In this document: positions 32,003 through 41,108 of the stretch, in pieces
How positions within the stretch are numbered: position 1 is the first letter of the stretch
Layout: each line of letters starts with the position of its first letter
Assembly: GCA_965112635.1 (NCBI GenBank)
Contig: OZ218778.1
Coordinates: forward strand, 2,368,001-2,432,000
Origin: an uncultured bacterium
GTDB lineage: Bacteria > Oederibacteriota > Oederibacteriia > Oederibacteriales > Oederibacteriaceae
Direction: 5' to 3'
Length of the DNA stretch: 64,000 nt
Notes under the pieces: generated by a model
Seen by the model: only the letters and a program-made list of their open reading frames with translations
Databases searched by the model: none
What the model was told of the DNA's origin: nothing
Position numbers and translations under genes: made by a program

Positions 32003-34357
32003 ATGATCAAAATCCCGTCACGTTGTAACGACAATAAATTCAAATCCGGCTTTTTAGGAGCAGCTATAGGCTTGCTCGTCTTGGCTGCTACAGGACTGCA
32101 CGCCGGAGACGGCTTTCTCGTCACAATCCCGGCCGACCAGCTGACCGCCCTGGACGAATCATCGTGGTCAGCCCCTGAAAAAATCGGAGACAAGGTCGTC
32201 CGCAAGGTCCTTAAAGCCAAAACAGGTTCTTTCACCATCCCTGCTTGGTGGGGGCAAACTCCTCGTCCTGAGGAAGGGTCAGTTTATGTTCTGGAAATAG
32301 ATTACCGTGACGACTTATCCTCCCCCGCCATTGTTTCTTCTTTTGGAAATTGCGAACACCACAATACCTCAAGCGAACTCCACCGCTTTGGCGGCGAAGC
32401 CTCAGGCCAGTGGAAAACAGCCGACATCCCTGTTTCCTGGGACTATCTCTATGTTGGTCCTGGCAATCCGGCTGGCGGGAACAAACAGCTGTTCTCCATT
32501 CGCGCGACAGACGAAAATGCCAACCTGGACATCAGGGGGGTCCGCGTGAGAAAAGCTTCCTCTGCTGACGAGGAGCGGTATAACGCCGAAACCCGCGCGT
32601 GGATCGCCAAAGCCCAGCTCCGCCACGACCCGTCCAAGATCATCCAGTTGACGGCCACGGCGGCTGTTCTTCCGGACGAATGGCAGACCAAAGCCTGCGT
32701 TCCTTTTTCCCGCAGTTACTTAGACCCCATTTTGCCTTCTGACCAGCCCCAAAAAGACGCTATCGCCAAGACTATCAAAATAGGCTTGGCTCTTAATCAG
32801 ACCGAATCGGTTCAACTGGGTGTTTATGCCAACCAGAATAATCTGGACGGGGTCACCTTTTCCGTCAGCGACCTGAAGAATAAAAAAGGTAACACTCTGC
32901 AGGTCCAATGCGACCGCTATACCATGGAATACGCCTTGGAGCCCCACGGCGACGGCAAATTTTGGTTTAACGCGGAAAGGCTTTGGCCTTTGTATGAAGC
33001 ATCAATCAAAGCCGGTCAGTCCCAGAGTTTCTGGTTATCTTTTGCAACAGACCCCAAAACCGCCAAACCCGGAACTTATCGCGGCGAGATCACCTTCAGC
33101 GCCGTTAGCGGCACCAATAAAATAACGGAAAAGGTCCCCCTGGATGTGGTCGTAAGGCCCATCCGCCTTCTTACTATGGACGAGGCCGGTCTCAAAGCCG
33201 GCGGCTGTGTTATGGGGGCCGTTCCTTTCCACGACATTTCCTATGCGGTGAAAAATAACCTGAACATGGTTGACCTCTGGGCTTTTTCCTTTTCGCCTGT
33301 CTTGAAGAAGGAGAACGAAAAGCTGGTCATCGACACAACTCTGATGAACGAGTGGATGCAAGGAGCCCGCCAGCGCGGCTGGGGCAGCGCCTATTACTTC
33401 ATGGGCGAGGATCCTTTTAGATTCCCCCTGACCATGTCCACGGAACGCAATCTTTACGGCATCATGCATCAGACCTCCTGGGAGGACAAAGTGCCCACGT
33501 GGAAGGAATTTTGTAAGCTGACCAGCGCCCATCCCAACAGCGTCATCGACGAAGTGAGGCCCTTGTTGGCCCAGTGGATTAAGGAAGTGAGCAAGGCAGC
33601 CAAGGACAATGACTGGCCCTTACTTATCCTGAGTCCTTTTGATGAGCCGGCCAAGTACAGCGAATCAGGCCTCAATGGAGCCGGAGAATTCCAATCGGTC
33701 TGCCTCGGCGCCGGGCCCTATCTCCAACCACACTTCGACGATGTGTGTAAGATGATACGCGACAATGCCACCCCCGGCACTCTTATTGGCGCCGACATCC
33801 ATAATAAAGCCGGCATGGTGTTCCTGCCCTACATCGATGTCTTTGTCACTGACGCGCATAAGCAGGACCCCTCCATGCAGACCAAGGTCCTCGCCGCCGG
33901 CAAGACCTACTGGGAATACGGTTTTCCCAAAGAGCCGTTCCACCAGAGGTTTTCCTGGGGATTCTGGTATGGTGCCCATGGCACCACCGGCATGCTTTTA
34001 TGGGCGTATAACTGGGGCGCCCGCTTTGACATCAGCGAAGGCGACAATTCCATAATTTGCTGGGACACTCCTTTTCGTACCATCCCTAGCCCCTTTTATG
34101 AGGCTATTCGCGAAGGCCTGGATGACCGCCGTTATATTGAAACGCTTAAGCGCGTAGCCAAGGCCAAAGGCAAGGAGAAACAAGAGTCCGCTTTCCTTCA
34201 AAATATCTATGACCAGGCGCTCTCTGAACGCTACCAGGGAAAAAGCGACACCTACGACGAGTGGTTTTCCTGGGCTGAGGAACAGCCCCAGGACGCGGAT
34301 ACCCTGGACCAGTGGCGCGACGCCATAGCTGACAAAATTGTCGAATTGTCCAAGTGA
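32003..34357 (+). CDS. Secreted putative glycoside hydrolase (DUF4091/GH123-like C-terminus)
   Basis: Signal peptide; PGTYRGEITF, FDEP and C-terminal YEAIREGLDDRRY motifs typical of this group. Confidence 0.55.
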   Translation: MIKIPSRCNDNKFKSGFLGAAIGLLVLAATGLHAGDGFLVTIPADQLTALDESSWSAPEKIGDKVVRKVLKAKTGSFTIPAWWGQTPRPEEGSVYVLEIDYRDDLSSPAIVSSFGNCEHHNTSSELHRFGGEASGQWKTADIPVSWDYLYVGPGNPAGGNKQLFSIRATDENANLDIRGVRVRKASSADEERYNAETRAWIAKAQLRHDPSKIIQLTATAAVLPDEWQTKACVPFSRSYLDPILPSDQPQKDAIAKTIKIGLALNQTESVQLGVYANQNNLDGVTFSVSDLKNKKGNTLQVQCDRYTMEYALEPHGDGKFWFNAERLWPLYEASIKAGQSQSFWLSFATDPKTAKPGTYRGEITFSAVSGTNKITEKVPLDVVVRPIRLLTMDEAGLKAGGCVMGAVPFHDISYAVKNNLNMVDLWAFSFSPVLKKENEKLVIDTTLMNEWMQGARQRGWGSAYYFMGEDPFRFPLTMSTERNLYGIMHQTSWEDKVPTWKEFCKLTSAHPNSVIDEVRPLLAQWIKEVSKAAKDNDWPLLILSPFDEPAKYSESGLNGAGEFQSVCLGAGPYLQPHFDDVCKMIRDNATPGTLIGADIHNKAGMVFLPYIDVFVTDAHKQDPSMQTKVLAAGKTYWEYGFPKEPFHQRFSWGFWYGAHGTTGMLLWAYNWGARFDISEGDNSIICWDTPFRTIPSPFYEAIREGLDDRRYIETLKRVAKAKGKEKQESAFLQNIYDQALSERYQGKSDTYDEWFSWAEEQPQDADTLDQWRDAIADKIVELSK

Positions 34358-34378
34358 TGCCCTGGTATGTCCCTGTAA

Positions 34379-34543
34379 ATAATTCTTGGCGAGAACGGCG
34401 TCTTACTTCTGGCTTTCAGCCGTCCCGGCGTGTGTGTCTCGGCTTCCTCGGACGGCGGCCGGAAATGGTCGGCCCCAGTGCCTGTTATCAAGGGGGATGT
34501 AGAAAATTTATCTGTTGAGGTCCGTAAAATTACCGTTTCATAG
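34379..34543 (+). pseudogene. Sialidase/BNR Asp-box gene remnant
   Basis: Reads ILGENGVLLLAFSRPGVCVSASSDGGRKWSAP (SxDGGxxW Asp-box) and is preceded by an in-frame TAA at 34376-34378. Confidence 0.5.
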
Positions 34544-34910
34544 CCCTGACATCATCAGCGATATCCGCGATGATGACAAATAATAAATAACAGATGATTC
34601 CAAAGGCGAGAAGTCCAAATGCTCCCCCAAGAGCCGGCAGATTGACCTGGTCTCCGCCGTAGTCCACATTGTTGATCATCTTTGGAATATGGACTTTCCA
34701 GTACACGATACAAATATACATGGCGCTAAATACGCTGCCGATTAAGACCAATATTCCCAACGCCCTCAACAAGATCGTTTTAATGGCAAAATCCCCAGAC
34801 GCGGCTTGGACTGTCTTTTGTTCCCTGGATGGATCGGATACAGCAGCCCCGCAAAACACGCATTCCGTTGCCGAGTCGGCTATCTCCTTGCCGCACTTCC
34901 TGCAATGCAT
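34530..34910 (-). CDS. Zinc-ribbon membrane protein
   Basis: CRKCG..CVFCG, two TM segments, and an AGGAGG SD before the ATG at 34910. Confidence 0.75.
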   Translation of the reverse strand: MHCRKCGKEIADSATECVFCGAAVSDPSREQKTVQAASGDFAIKTILLRALGILVLIGSVFSAMYICIVYWKVHIPKMINNVDYGGDQVNLPALGGAFGLLAFGIICYLLFVIIADIADDVRAMKR

Positions 34911-34966
34911 ACACTTCCTCCTTTCAAAATCACAAGTCAACAGCGCGATAAATTGTTATCTGGCTA

Positions 34967-36628
34967 TTAATCTTTAGCAGAATCAAACAGAGAATGCCAC
35001 TTGTTCTTGACGATCTTCAGCCTGCCAAAATCGACGATCAAAACAAAGGCCAGAAAATAGAACTTTAGCGCCTCCAACCCCATATTCTTGACCGCCATCC
35101 CAAAATTATAGCGGATGCCCAGGAAAGCGAACTGCATTAAAAAGATGGCTAAAAGGCCGTAAAAAAGATAAAGGGTCAGGTTCACGCTAAGATACCCAGC
35201 CTGAAGATTTTCGTCGAGGTCCAGGGCGCTCTCCACCATGTTCCTGAAGGCCAGCATCATAAAAACAAGCAGGACTGTGGACAAGATCGAAAACCCTAAA
35301 GACGAGGTGATAAAAAAGTCGTAAAGGCCGTGCACCACCATGGCCGTACCAAAAAAGGCTGGAATATAGAGCCATCCAAGGCCTTTGGCCCGGAATCGGC
35401 TGTAAAAAATACCGTAAACCGCCAGGCAGGTGAGGCAGATATGGATGACGACCGCGATCATGGCGCGTCCCATGATCAGACCCATGGCCACGCGGCTGAA
35501 ATAACCTGTATTCTCAAGACAGGCGAATCCCAAGGCCGACACCGCGGCATAAATGAATAATTCCACGGGTTCTTTGATTTTTTTCAGGACCAGCAAAACA
35601 ATGAGGACCGGCACCGCCTTGCAAAACTCCTCGATCAGCCCTACCCCAAAAATATAAAAAAGGATATCCGGGTAGTCCTTGCCCGTCAGGGCAAAACCAA
35701 GATAAAAATCCGCGGCATCGTATAGGATCGTGCAAAGAACAGCCGAAACCATCCCCATCCCAAAGACCGCGACAAACAAAGATATTTTTTCTTTTTCAAA
35801 AATATCGACAAAATAAATATAGATCAGGAACATCAAAGCGATGACAAGGCTGGCCAGTAAGCTGTCCCAGGCCATCTCGCTTCGCTGGGCCTTGAAAAGG
35901 ATCTGAAAATACCCGACAAAAGCGTTTTCATAAAGAGCTAGGAACCTCAAGTACGCCGGTGGAACATGGCTGGCAAGGGCGGGGTCGTTCTTCAGTTTTC
36001 TTAGTTCGTCTAACTGGCGGTGCTGGTAGAACATTTCGCTCAGGTTTTGCACCGCTCCGTCAATATTTCCTTTTAAAGCGATTTCGCGATAAAAAGCCTG
36101 CCGGGCCAAAACAGGCTGTTCCCTGTGAAGATAAACAAAACCGATTGAATTGTTAAGGTAGGGTAGTTCTCTATTCAGTATTTTGCCGTAAAAACTGAGC
36201 GCCGCGTCCGGATCGTTGCTTTTGGCATAATAATATCCCAGTCCGTAAAAGCCGATATCCCGGATCACGGGGTCCGGAACCTGGGTATAACTGTTGTATT
36301 CCGCAAGAATGGGTTTGTCATCTCGTTCTATAGTGCTGTATCGCGTATGCCTTACTTTGGGTTGGGCCAAATGAGCGTCGAGATAGCCGCGGTGATAGAC
36401 TAAATTCTTGGGGTCCTCATGGATCAGTTTGCGGTATTCGTTCTTTAAGGCGGAAAAATCCAGGCTGGCCCGGGCGCCATCAATGACATTTTGAGGATCG
36501 TGTTCCACCAGGCCATTGAGCCCCTTCACCAGAACAAGAACAAAGGCAATGATACCGAGGGATATCCAGAGGTGTTTTAACATGCCTCTGCTGGAACTGG
36601 CTTGGGATGGGTTCTCTGGTTCGGGCAT
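34967..36628 (-). CDS. PrsW-family intramembrane metalloprotease with an N-terminal TPR-like extracytoplasmic domain
   Basis: Motifs IEEFCK, GFACLEN, H and HGLYD; TPR-like helices upstream. Confidence 0.85.
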   Translation of the reverse strand: MPEPENPSQASSSRGMLKHLWISLGIIAFVLVLVKGLNGLVEHDPQNVIDGARASLDFSALKNEYRKLIHEDPKNLVYHRGYLDAHLAQPKVRHTRYSTIERDDKPILAEYNSYTQVPDPVIRDIGFYGLGYYYAKSNDPDAALSFYGKILNRELPYLNNSIGFVYLHREQPVLARQAFYREIALKGNIDGAVQNLSEMFYQHRQLDELRKLKNDPALASHVPPAYLRFLALYENAFVGYFQILFKAQRSEMAWDSLLASLVIALMFLIYIYFVDIFEKEKISLFVAVFGMGMVSAVLCTILYDAADFYLGFALTGKDYPDILFYIFGVGLIEEFCKAVPVLIVLLVLKKIKEPVELFIYAAVSALGFACLENTGYFSRVAMGLIMGRAMIAVVIHICLTCLAVYGIFYSRFRAKGLGWLYIPAFFGTAMVVHGLYDFFITSSLGFSILSTVLLVFMMLAFRNMVESALDLDENLQAGYLSVNLTLYLFYGLLAIFLMQFAFLGIRYNFGMAVKNMGLEALKFYFLAFVLIVDFGRLKIVKNKWHSLFDSAKD

Positions 36629-36700
36629 CCCGGACCTCCTTAAACACGCCCACTGGCAATTCTTTTTTTAACAAACCAAGTTTAGCACTATTTTTGGGGT

Positions 36701-36776
<76 letters not shown>

Positions 36777-36841
36777 ACCGAAGGGAAGCTATTATATAAC
36801 AAAGGGTAAAACGGGGGAATACCTTAAGAACATTTCCAGGC

Positions 36842-39292
36842 TCAATCCAGGATCGTGAACTTCTGACGCATCCGCAGTTTTGAACTTCTGACAAAATAAA
36901 AATAAATACCGCTGGCCACTAGCTTACCCTTGCTGTCCTTGCCGTCCCAGCGCGCCCACCCCTCCATTCCATGGATCTGGGCAGCCGGTACAGTCGCCAC
37001 GGTTTCTCCGACCATATTGACGATGCTGATACTGATATCCGAATCTGCTGGAAAAGCAATGGTGACATAGGGGTGCAGGGTGAAATCGATGGGATTGGGA
37101 TAGGTGTAGGTAATGCTGATGGGAGGCGTGGGAACTGTCGTCGGAGTGTAAGTGGGGGTGTTGGTAGGGGTAGGCGTAGGGGTCATGCCTATCTTGCTGA
37201 CAAAACCATCCTGGCCCCCGCCGTATGCCGCCTGGATCGGGTTGAGCAAAGGAAAATCCGGCGATGATGTCTTACCGGTCACGTACATGCTCCCGCCGCC
37301 ATCCACGGCGATAGACAAGCCGCTTTCCGACACGCTTCCCCCTAAAAAGGTAGAGAAGAGCAATGCATCTCCCGCGGCATCGATCTCGGCCACAAAGGCG
37401 TTCGTAGCAAACCCCGCGCCTCCCAATATCCCCTGGTAGGGGTTGACCAGCGGAAAATCAGAGGAGGAAGTGTCGCCGGTGATATAGGCGTTACCGCTGC
37501 TGTCCACGGCCACGCTAAGGGCCTCATCAACCCCGCTGCCTCCAAGGAAGGTGGAATAGACCAGACCGCTGCCAGCAGGATTGAGCACCGTGATGAACGC
37601 GTCCTCGACCCCTCCGTGGAGCGTGGGTTGGATGGGGTTCTTGAGAGGAAAATCCGACGATTCCGCGACACCGACCACATAGGCGTTTCCGGAAGGATCC
37701 GCTGCGATCCCCTGCCCAAAATCGTTGATGCTCCCCGTGAGATAGGTCGAATACACCAGGGAGCCGCCTCCTGGCGCCAGCTTGCAAACGAATACGGTCG
37801 GCGTGCCCAAAGCCGCGGCCTGGAACGGATTTTGCGTTGGAAAATTCATGGACATAGTTACTCCAGCCACACACACATTCCCCCCGCCGTCAATGGCGAT
37901 GCCATTCCCCTGGTCGTTAAGGCTTCCTCCCAGGTAGGTGGAAAAAACAAGGCCTCCAGCCGCGTTGATCTCGGTCACATAAGCGTCCCAGGCCCCGCCG
38001 CCAAAAACCGGCTGTAAAGCGTTGGCAGTTGGAAAATTCGGCGAGCTGGTAGCTCCCGTAAGATAGGCATTGAACGCGCTGTCCAAAGCAACGGACAAAC
38101 CCGCATCCTGGCTGCTGCCTCCTAAATAAGTGGAAAAAACAAGGCCGTTGCCTGCCGGATTGATTTTAGCCACAAAAATGTTTTCTGCTCCGGCCAACCC
38201 CCCTTGAATAGCATTTACACAGGGAAAATTGTTGGAAGTAGTAAATCCCACGATATAAGCATTGCCAAACCCGTCAATGGCAATACTCTGGCCCCCATCT
38301 ATTCCGCCGCCGCCCAAATAAGTCGAATAAACATAACCTGTCCCGGCCGCGTTGATCTTGGACACAAAAGCGTTCTGCGTTCCTGCCAAACCGGGCTGCA
38401 GGGCGCCAAGTGTGGGAAAATTCACGGATTGCGTGCCTCCCACCACATAGGCCTCCCCTGCGCTGTCCACGGCGATCCCATTGCCCTGGTCACCGCTATT
38501 CCCCCCCACATAGGTGGAATAAAGAAGGGTCGGGTCTATGACCAGGGGGACGGTATGGTCATAAACCCCCACGGTAAACCCCGCCCGGTCGTTCCCCTGC
38601 ACACTGTATCCTCCGGAAACGCTATTTTTAACCCCATTGAATAATTGGTAAATATCCGGCTTTTTAAAAACTATCTGGCCTTGCTTTGTCTTGATGACCA
38701 AGTCGCCGCCCTGGTCCAGGCTCAATCCCTGGGCTCCGCTGAAAACGAACTGAATGGAGTGAAAATCAGCGCCTGGTTGGACCATAAAATCATGCTCTAC
38801 CAATCTTTGGTTGCCGTGATAGATCAAGTCCACGCCAGGATAGATATTCTTGACCTTGACTTTGGAGTATTGGGTAATATCCGTATGCCACTGTTTGCGG
38901 TCATTGCCTATCAAATAATTGCTCTTTCCGCTTAGCGGGTCCAAAAATTCGGTCTGGGCGCCTTCATTGGCATTGGCCAGCTTGACCCTAAGCACTTCGG
39001 CCTCTCCCAGCTCTCTGTAGTGGAGATCCGTCTTCATGTATTTCTCTTTTATCCCAAGTTTCTTGGAATGTCTGAACACCATCACCATCTCTGAAGAAGT
39101 GAGGAACAGACTATAACCCCCGCCATGGCAGAGGAACTTGGCATCAGGCGCCGTTTGGCCGACATTGGGCTCAAAGACAAGAGGCAGGGTGCCATAGCTC
39201 CTGACCACATTGACCGGCCAGGAATTTTGCACCCTTAGCAGTATTAATAAAGGAACCAATACCAATAAAAACACGATAACAAATTTTTTCAT
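36842..39292 (-). CDS. Secreted SBBP beta-propeller repeat protein with PT linker and a C-terminal FlgD-Ig/CTD-like domain
   Basis: FEPNVGQ N-terminal domain; seven YSTYLGG..D.G..IAVD..GNAY repeats; TPTPTPT linker; YPNP...WDGKD..G..VASGIYFY. Confidence 0.85.
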   Translation of the reverse strand: MKKFVIVFLLVLVPLLILLRVQNSWPVNVVRSYGTLPLVFEPNVGQTAPDAKFLCHGGGYSLFLTSSEMVMVFRHSKKLGIKEKYMKTDLHYRELGEAEVLRVKLANANEGAQTEFLDPLSGKSNYLIGNDRKQWHTDITQYSKVKVKNIYPGVDLIYHGNQRLVEHDFMVQPGADFHSIQFVFSGAQGLSLDQGGDLVIKTKQGQIVFKKPDIYQLFNGVKNSVSGGYSVQGNDRAGFTVGVYDHTVPLVIDPTLLYSTYVGGNSGDQGNGIAVDSAGEAYVVGGTQSVNFPTLGALQPGLAGTQNAFVSKINAAGTGYVYSTYLGGGGIDGGQSIAIDGFGNAYIVGFTTSNNFPCVNAIQGGLAGAENIFVAKINPAGNGLVFSTYLGGSSQDAGLSVALDSAFNAYLTGATSSPNFPTANALQPVFGGGAWDAYVTEINAAGGLVFSTYLGGSLNDQGNGIAIDGGGNVCVAGVTMSMNFPTQNPFQAAALGTPTVFVCKLAPGGGSLVYSTYLTGSINDFGQGIAADPSGNAYVVGVAESSDFPLKNPIQPTLHGGVEDAFITVLNPAGSGLVYSTFLGGSGVDEALSVAVDSSGNAYITGDTSSSDFPLVNPYQGILGGAGFATNAFVAEIDAAGDALLFSTFLGGSVSESGLSIAVDGGGSMYVTGKTSSPDFPLLNPIQAAYGGGQDGFVSKIGMTPTPTPTNTPTYTPTTVPTPPISITYTYPNPIDFTLHPYVTIAFPADSDISISIVNMVGETVATVPAAQIHGMEGWARWDGKDSKGKLVASGIYFYFVRSSKLRMRQKFTILD

Positions 39293-39394
39293 TTTTTCCT
39301 CTGCGACAGATTTAACCTAGTTAATGGGTCATCTAATTACCAGGGGGTAATTTTATACTAGTTTTCGGCGATTAAAAAGCCTTTAGAAAAAAAA

Positions 39395-40654
39395 CTACTT
39401 TATATAAGGGATGGTCAATGGTCCCTCTGGTAAAACCGCCACGCGGCATTTTGACCCGCATTTTGACCTGAGCTGGTCAAAAGTGGCCTGCAGGTCCTGA
39501 GCAGGCAGAAGCATGGCCTGCCGGGTCGTTTCCTCAGAAAGGGACGAATGCAGATACACCTCGGCCTTGCACTGCACCACAGCCTGTTTCTGGGCCTCCC
39601 ACTGGTCATGCCTGGAAAACCCAGGGCTTTGGATAAGTTGTAGGAGTTCCTGGGGGGTTTTGGCCATCTTCAAAATATCCTTAAAATTACCGTGACTAGG
39701 CAGGCCATCCGAGCACTCCGAAACCAATAAGACAGCCCCGCCCTGCCGGACGATTTGGGCGGCCGCGGCCATACCCTTGACCGATTGGTAGAGGTTCTGG
39801 TCCAAAGGATAACCGCTGTTGCTGGTCACCACAATATCAAACGCCTTATTGACCGGCTGGGTGGCGGTGCAGACTACTTCCTGACAGCCGACCTTATGGG
39901 CTTCCAAATAATGGCCCGCGTAAATACCGGTGATATGTTTTTCCCTGTCCAGGGTCACATTGACCATAAAATCCGGAGGGCACAGGGCTACGGCCTCCCG
40001 GACCGCCTGCTGCAGAGGATTGTCCTCCAGGATAGCCCAACTGGATTTGGGATGGCCGATGAGCGCCGCACTATGCAGAGCCTGGATGGTCTCGATACCG
40101 CCAATGCCGGGCAAAATACCCTTGGGGCCGCCGGAAAACCCCGCGAAAAAATGGGGCTCGATAAATCCGGTTACGATCTTGAAATCAGCGGCCAGATATT
40201 GCTTGTTGACCCAGACCGGGATATTACCCGCTGTCCGGCCCAGACCCGCCAAGGTGGACTGGTCAAAGGCATCATGGTTGACTATCTCCACCGTGTCCGC
40301 GACTTCCCTGCCCAGCATGCTGACCAGCTCTGGCTTGGTGTTGGCCCGGTGAGACCCCGTGCCGTTGACGATGACAAATTGCTTACGCGGCACAAAAGAC
40401 AGCTCCTCCAGTATCCAGGGCACGATGCGCTCATTGGGGGTGGCACGGGTCATATCCGAGATGACAATGGCCACGCGGTCAGTAGGTTTAACCCGCTTGG
40501 CCAATGGAGCGGAACCCAGCGGCGCTCTGAGGCGTTCCATAAATGCCGCTTTTTCGTCTTTTAGAGGCGGCGGGTAATTGGGGCTCAGCACGACCGTATC
40601 AGCCGGGACTTCCAGGCTTAGTCTTTTTTTGCCGTATGGTATTTCCACTTTCAT
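39395..40654 (-). CDS. larA: LarA-family nickel-pincer racemase/epimerase
   Basis: Motifs SDMTR, GSHR, EPHFFAGFSGGPK and GYPLDQNLYQSVKG. Confidence 0.88.
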   Translation of the reverse strand: MKVEIPYGKKRLSLEVPADTVVLSPNYPPPLKDEKAAFMERLRAPLGSAPLAKRVKPTDRVAIVISDMTRATPNERIVPWILEELSFVPRKQFVIVNGTGSHRANTKPELVSMLGREVADTVEIVNHDAFDQSTLAGLGRTAGNIPVWVNKQYLAADFKIVTGFIEPHFFAGFSGGPKGILPGIGGIETIQALHSAALIGHPKSSWAILEDNPLQQAVREAVALCPPDFMVNVTLDREKHITGIYAGHYLEAHKVGCQEVVCTATQPVNKAFDIVVTSNSGYPLDQNLYQSVKGMAAAAQIVRQGGAVLLVSECSDGLPSHGNFKDILKMAKTPQELLQLIQSPGFSRHDQWEAQKQAVVQCKAEVYLHSSLSEETTRQAMLLPAQDLQATFDQLRSKCGSKCRVAVLPEGPLTIPYIK

Positions 40655-40665
40655 ATTAGCCCCTC

Positions 40666-41088
40666 CTAAAATGAAACTTTGGCCACGGATGAACTTCTTA
40701 AAACCGATTCCTGCTGGAACTGTTTTTTATACGCGCTGCGTATCTCTTCTATCTTATTATCCGTGCTTTCATCAGGCCGGTAAAGCAGGATTAGCCAGCG
40801 GCAATTTTCCCTCACCGGCTTGCCGGAATGGTCCAGGTATTGCCCATAACCGCTCAAGACCGTAAGGCCCTCTGGAAAACGCGGAGTAACTTCCTGCGCT
40901 AAAAACCTGTCCCACTCCTTGCTGGTAACCACGTTATTGCCGGGCTTGGACAAACCAAAGGCCAGTTCGGTCCTCACCCAATAGTCGCCTGGAGCTTTTT
41001 GAAGCAAGCCGCTGTGCTTAGAGTGACCGCAGCCAAGAGCTACCAGGATTACAATCAGAAAAACTGTGCTTTTAGACAAAAACCGCAT
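40666..41088 (-). CDS. DUF3574-family lipoprotein
   Basis: Lipobox ALGC; RTELAFG, FL..EVTPRFPEGLTV and YKKQFQQESV. Confidence 0.8.
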   Translation of the reverse strand: MRFLSKSTVFLIVILVALGCGHSKHSGLLQKAPGDYWVRTELAFGLSKPGNNVVTSKEWDRFLAQEVTPRFPEGLTVLSGYGQYLDHSGKPVRENCRWLILLYRPDESTDNKIEEIRSAYKKQFQQESVLRSSSVAKVSF

Positions 41089-41108
41089 GTTTCAATGCTC
41101 TTTCATGG

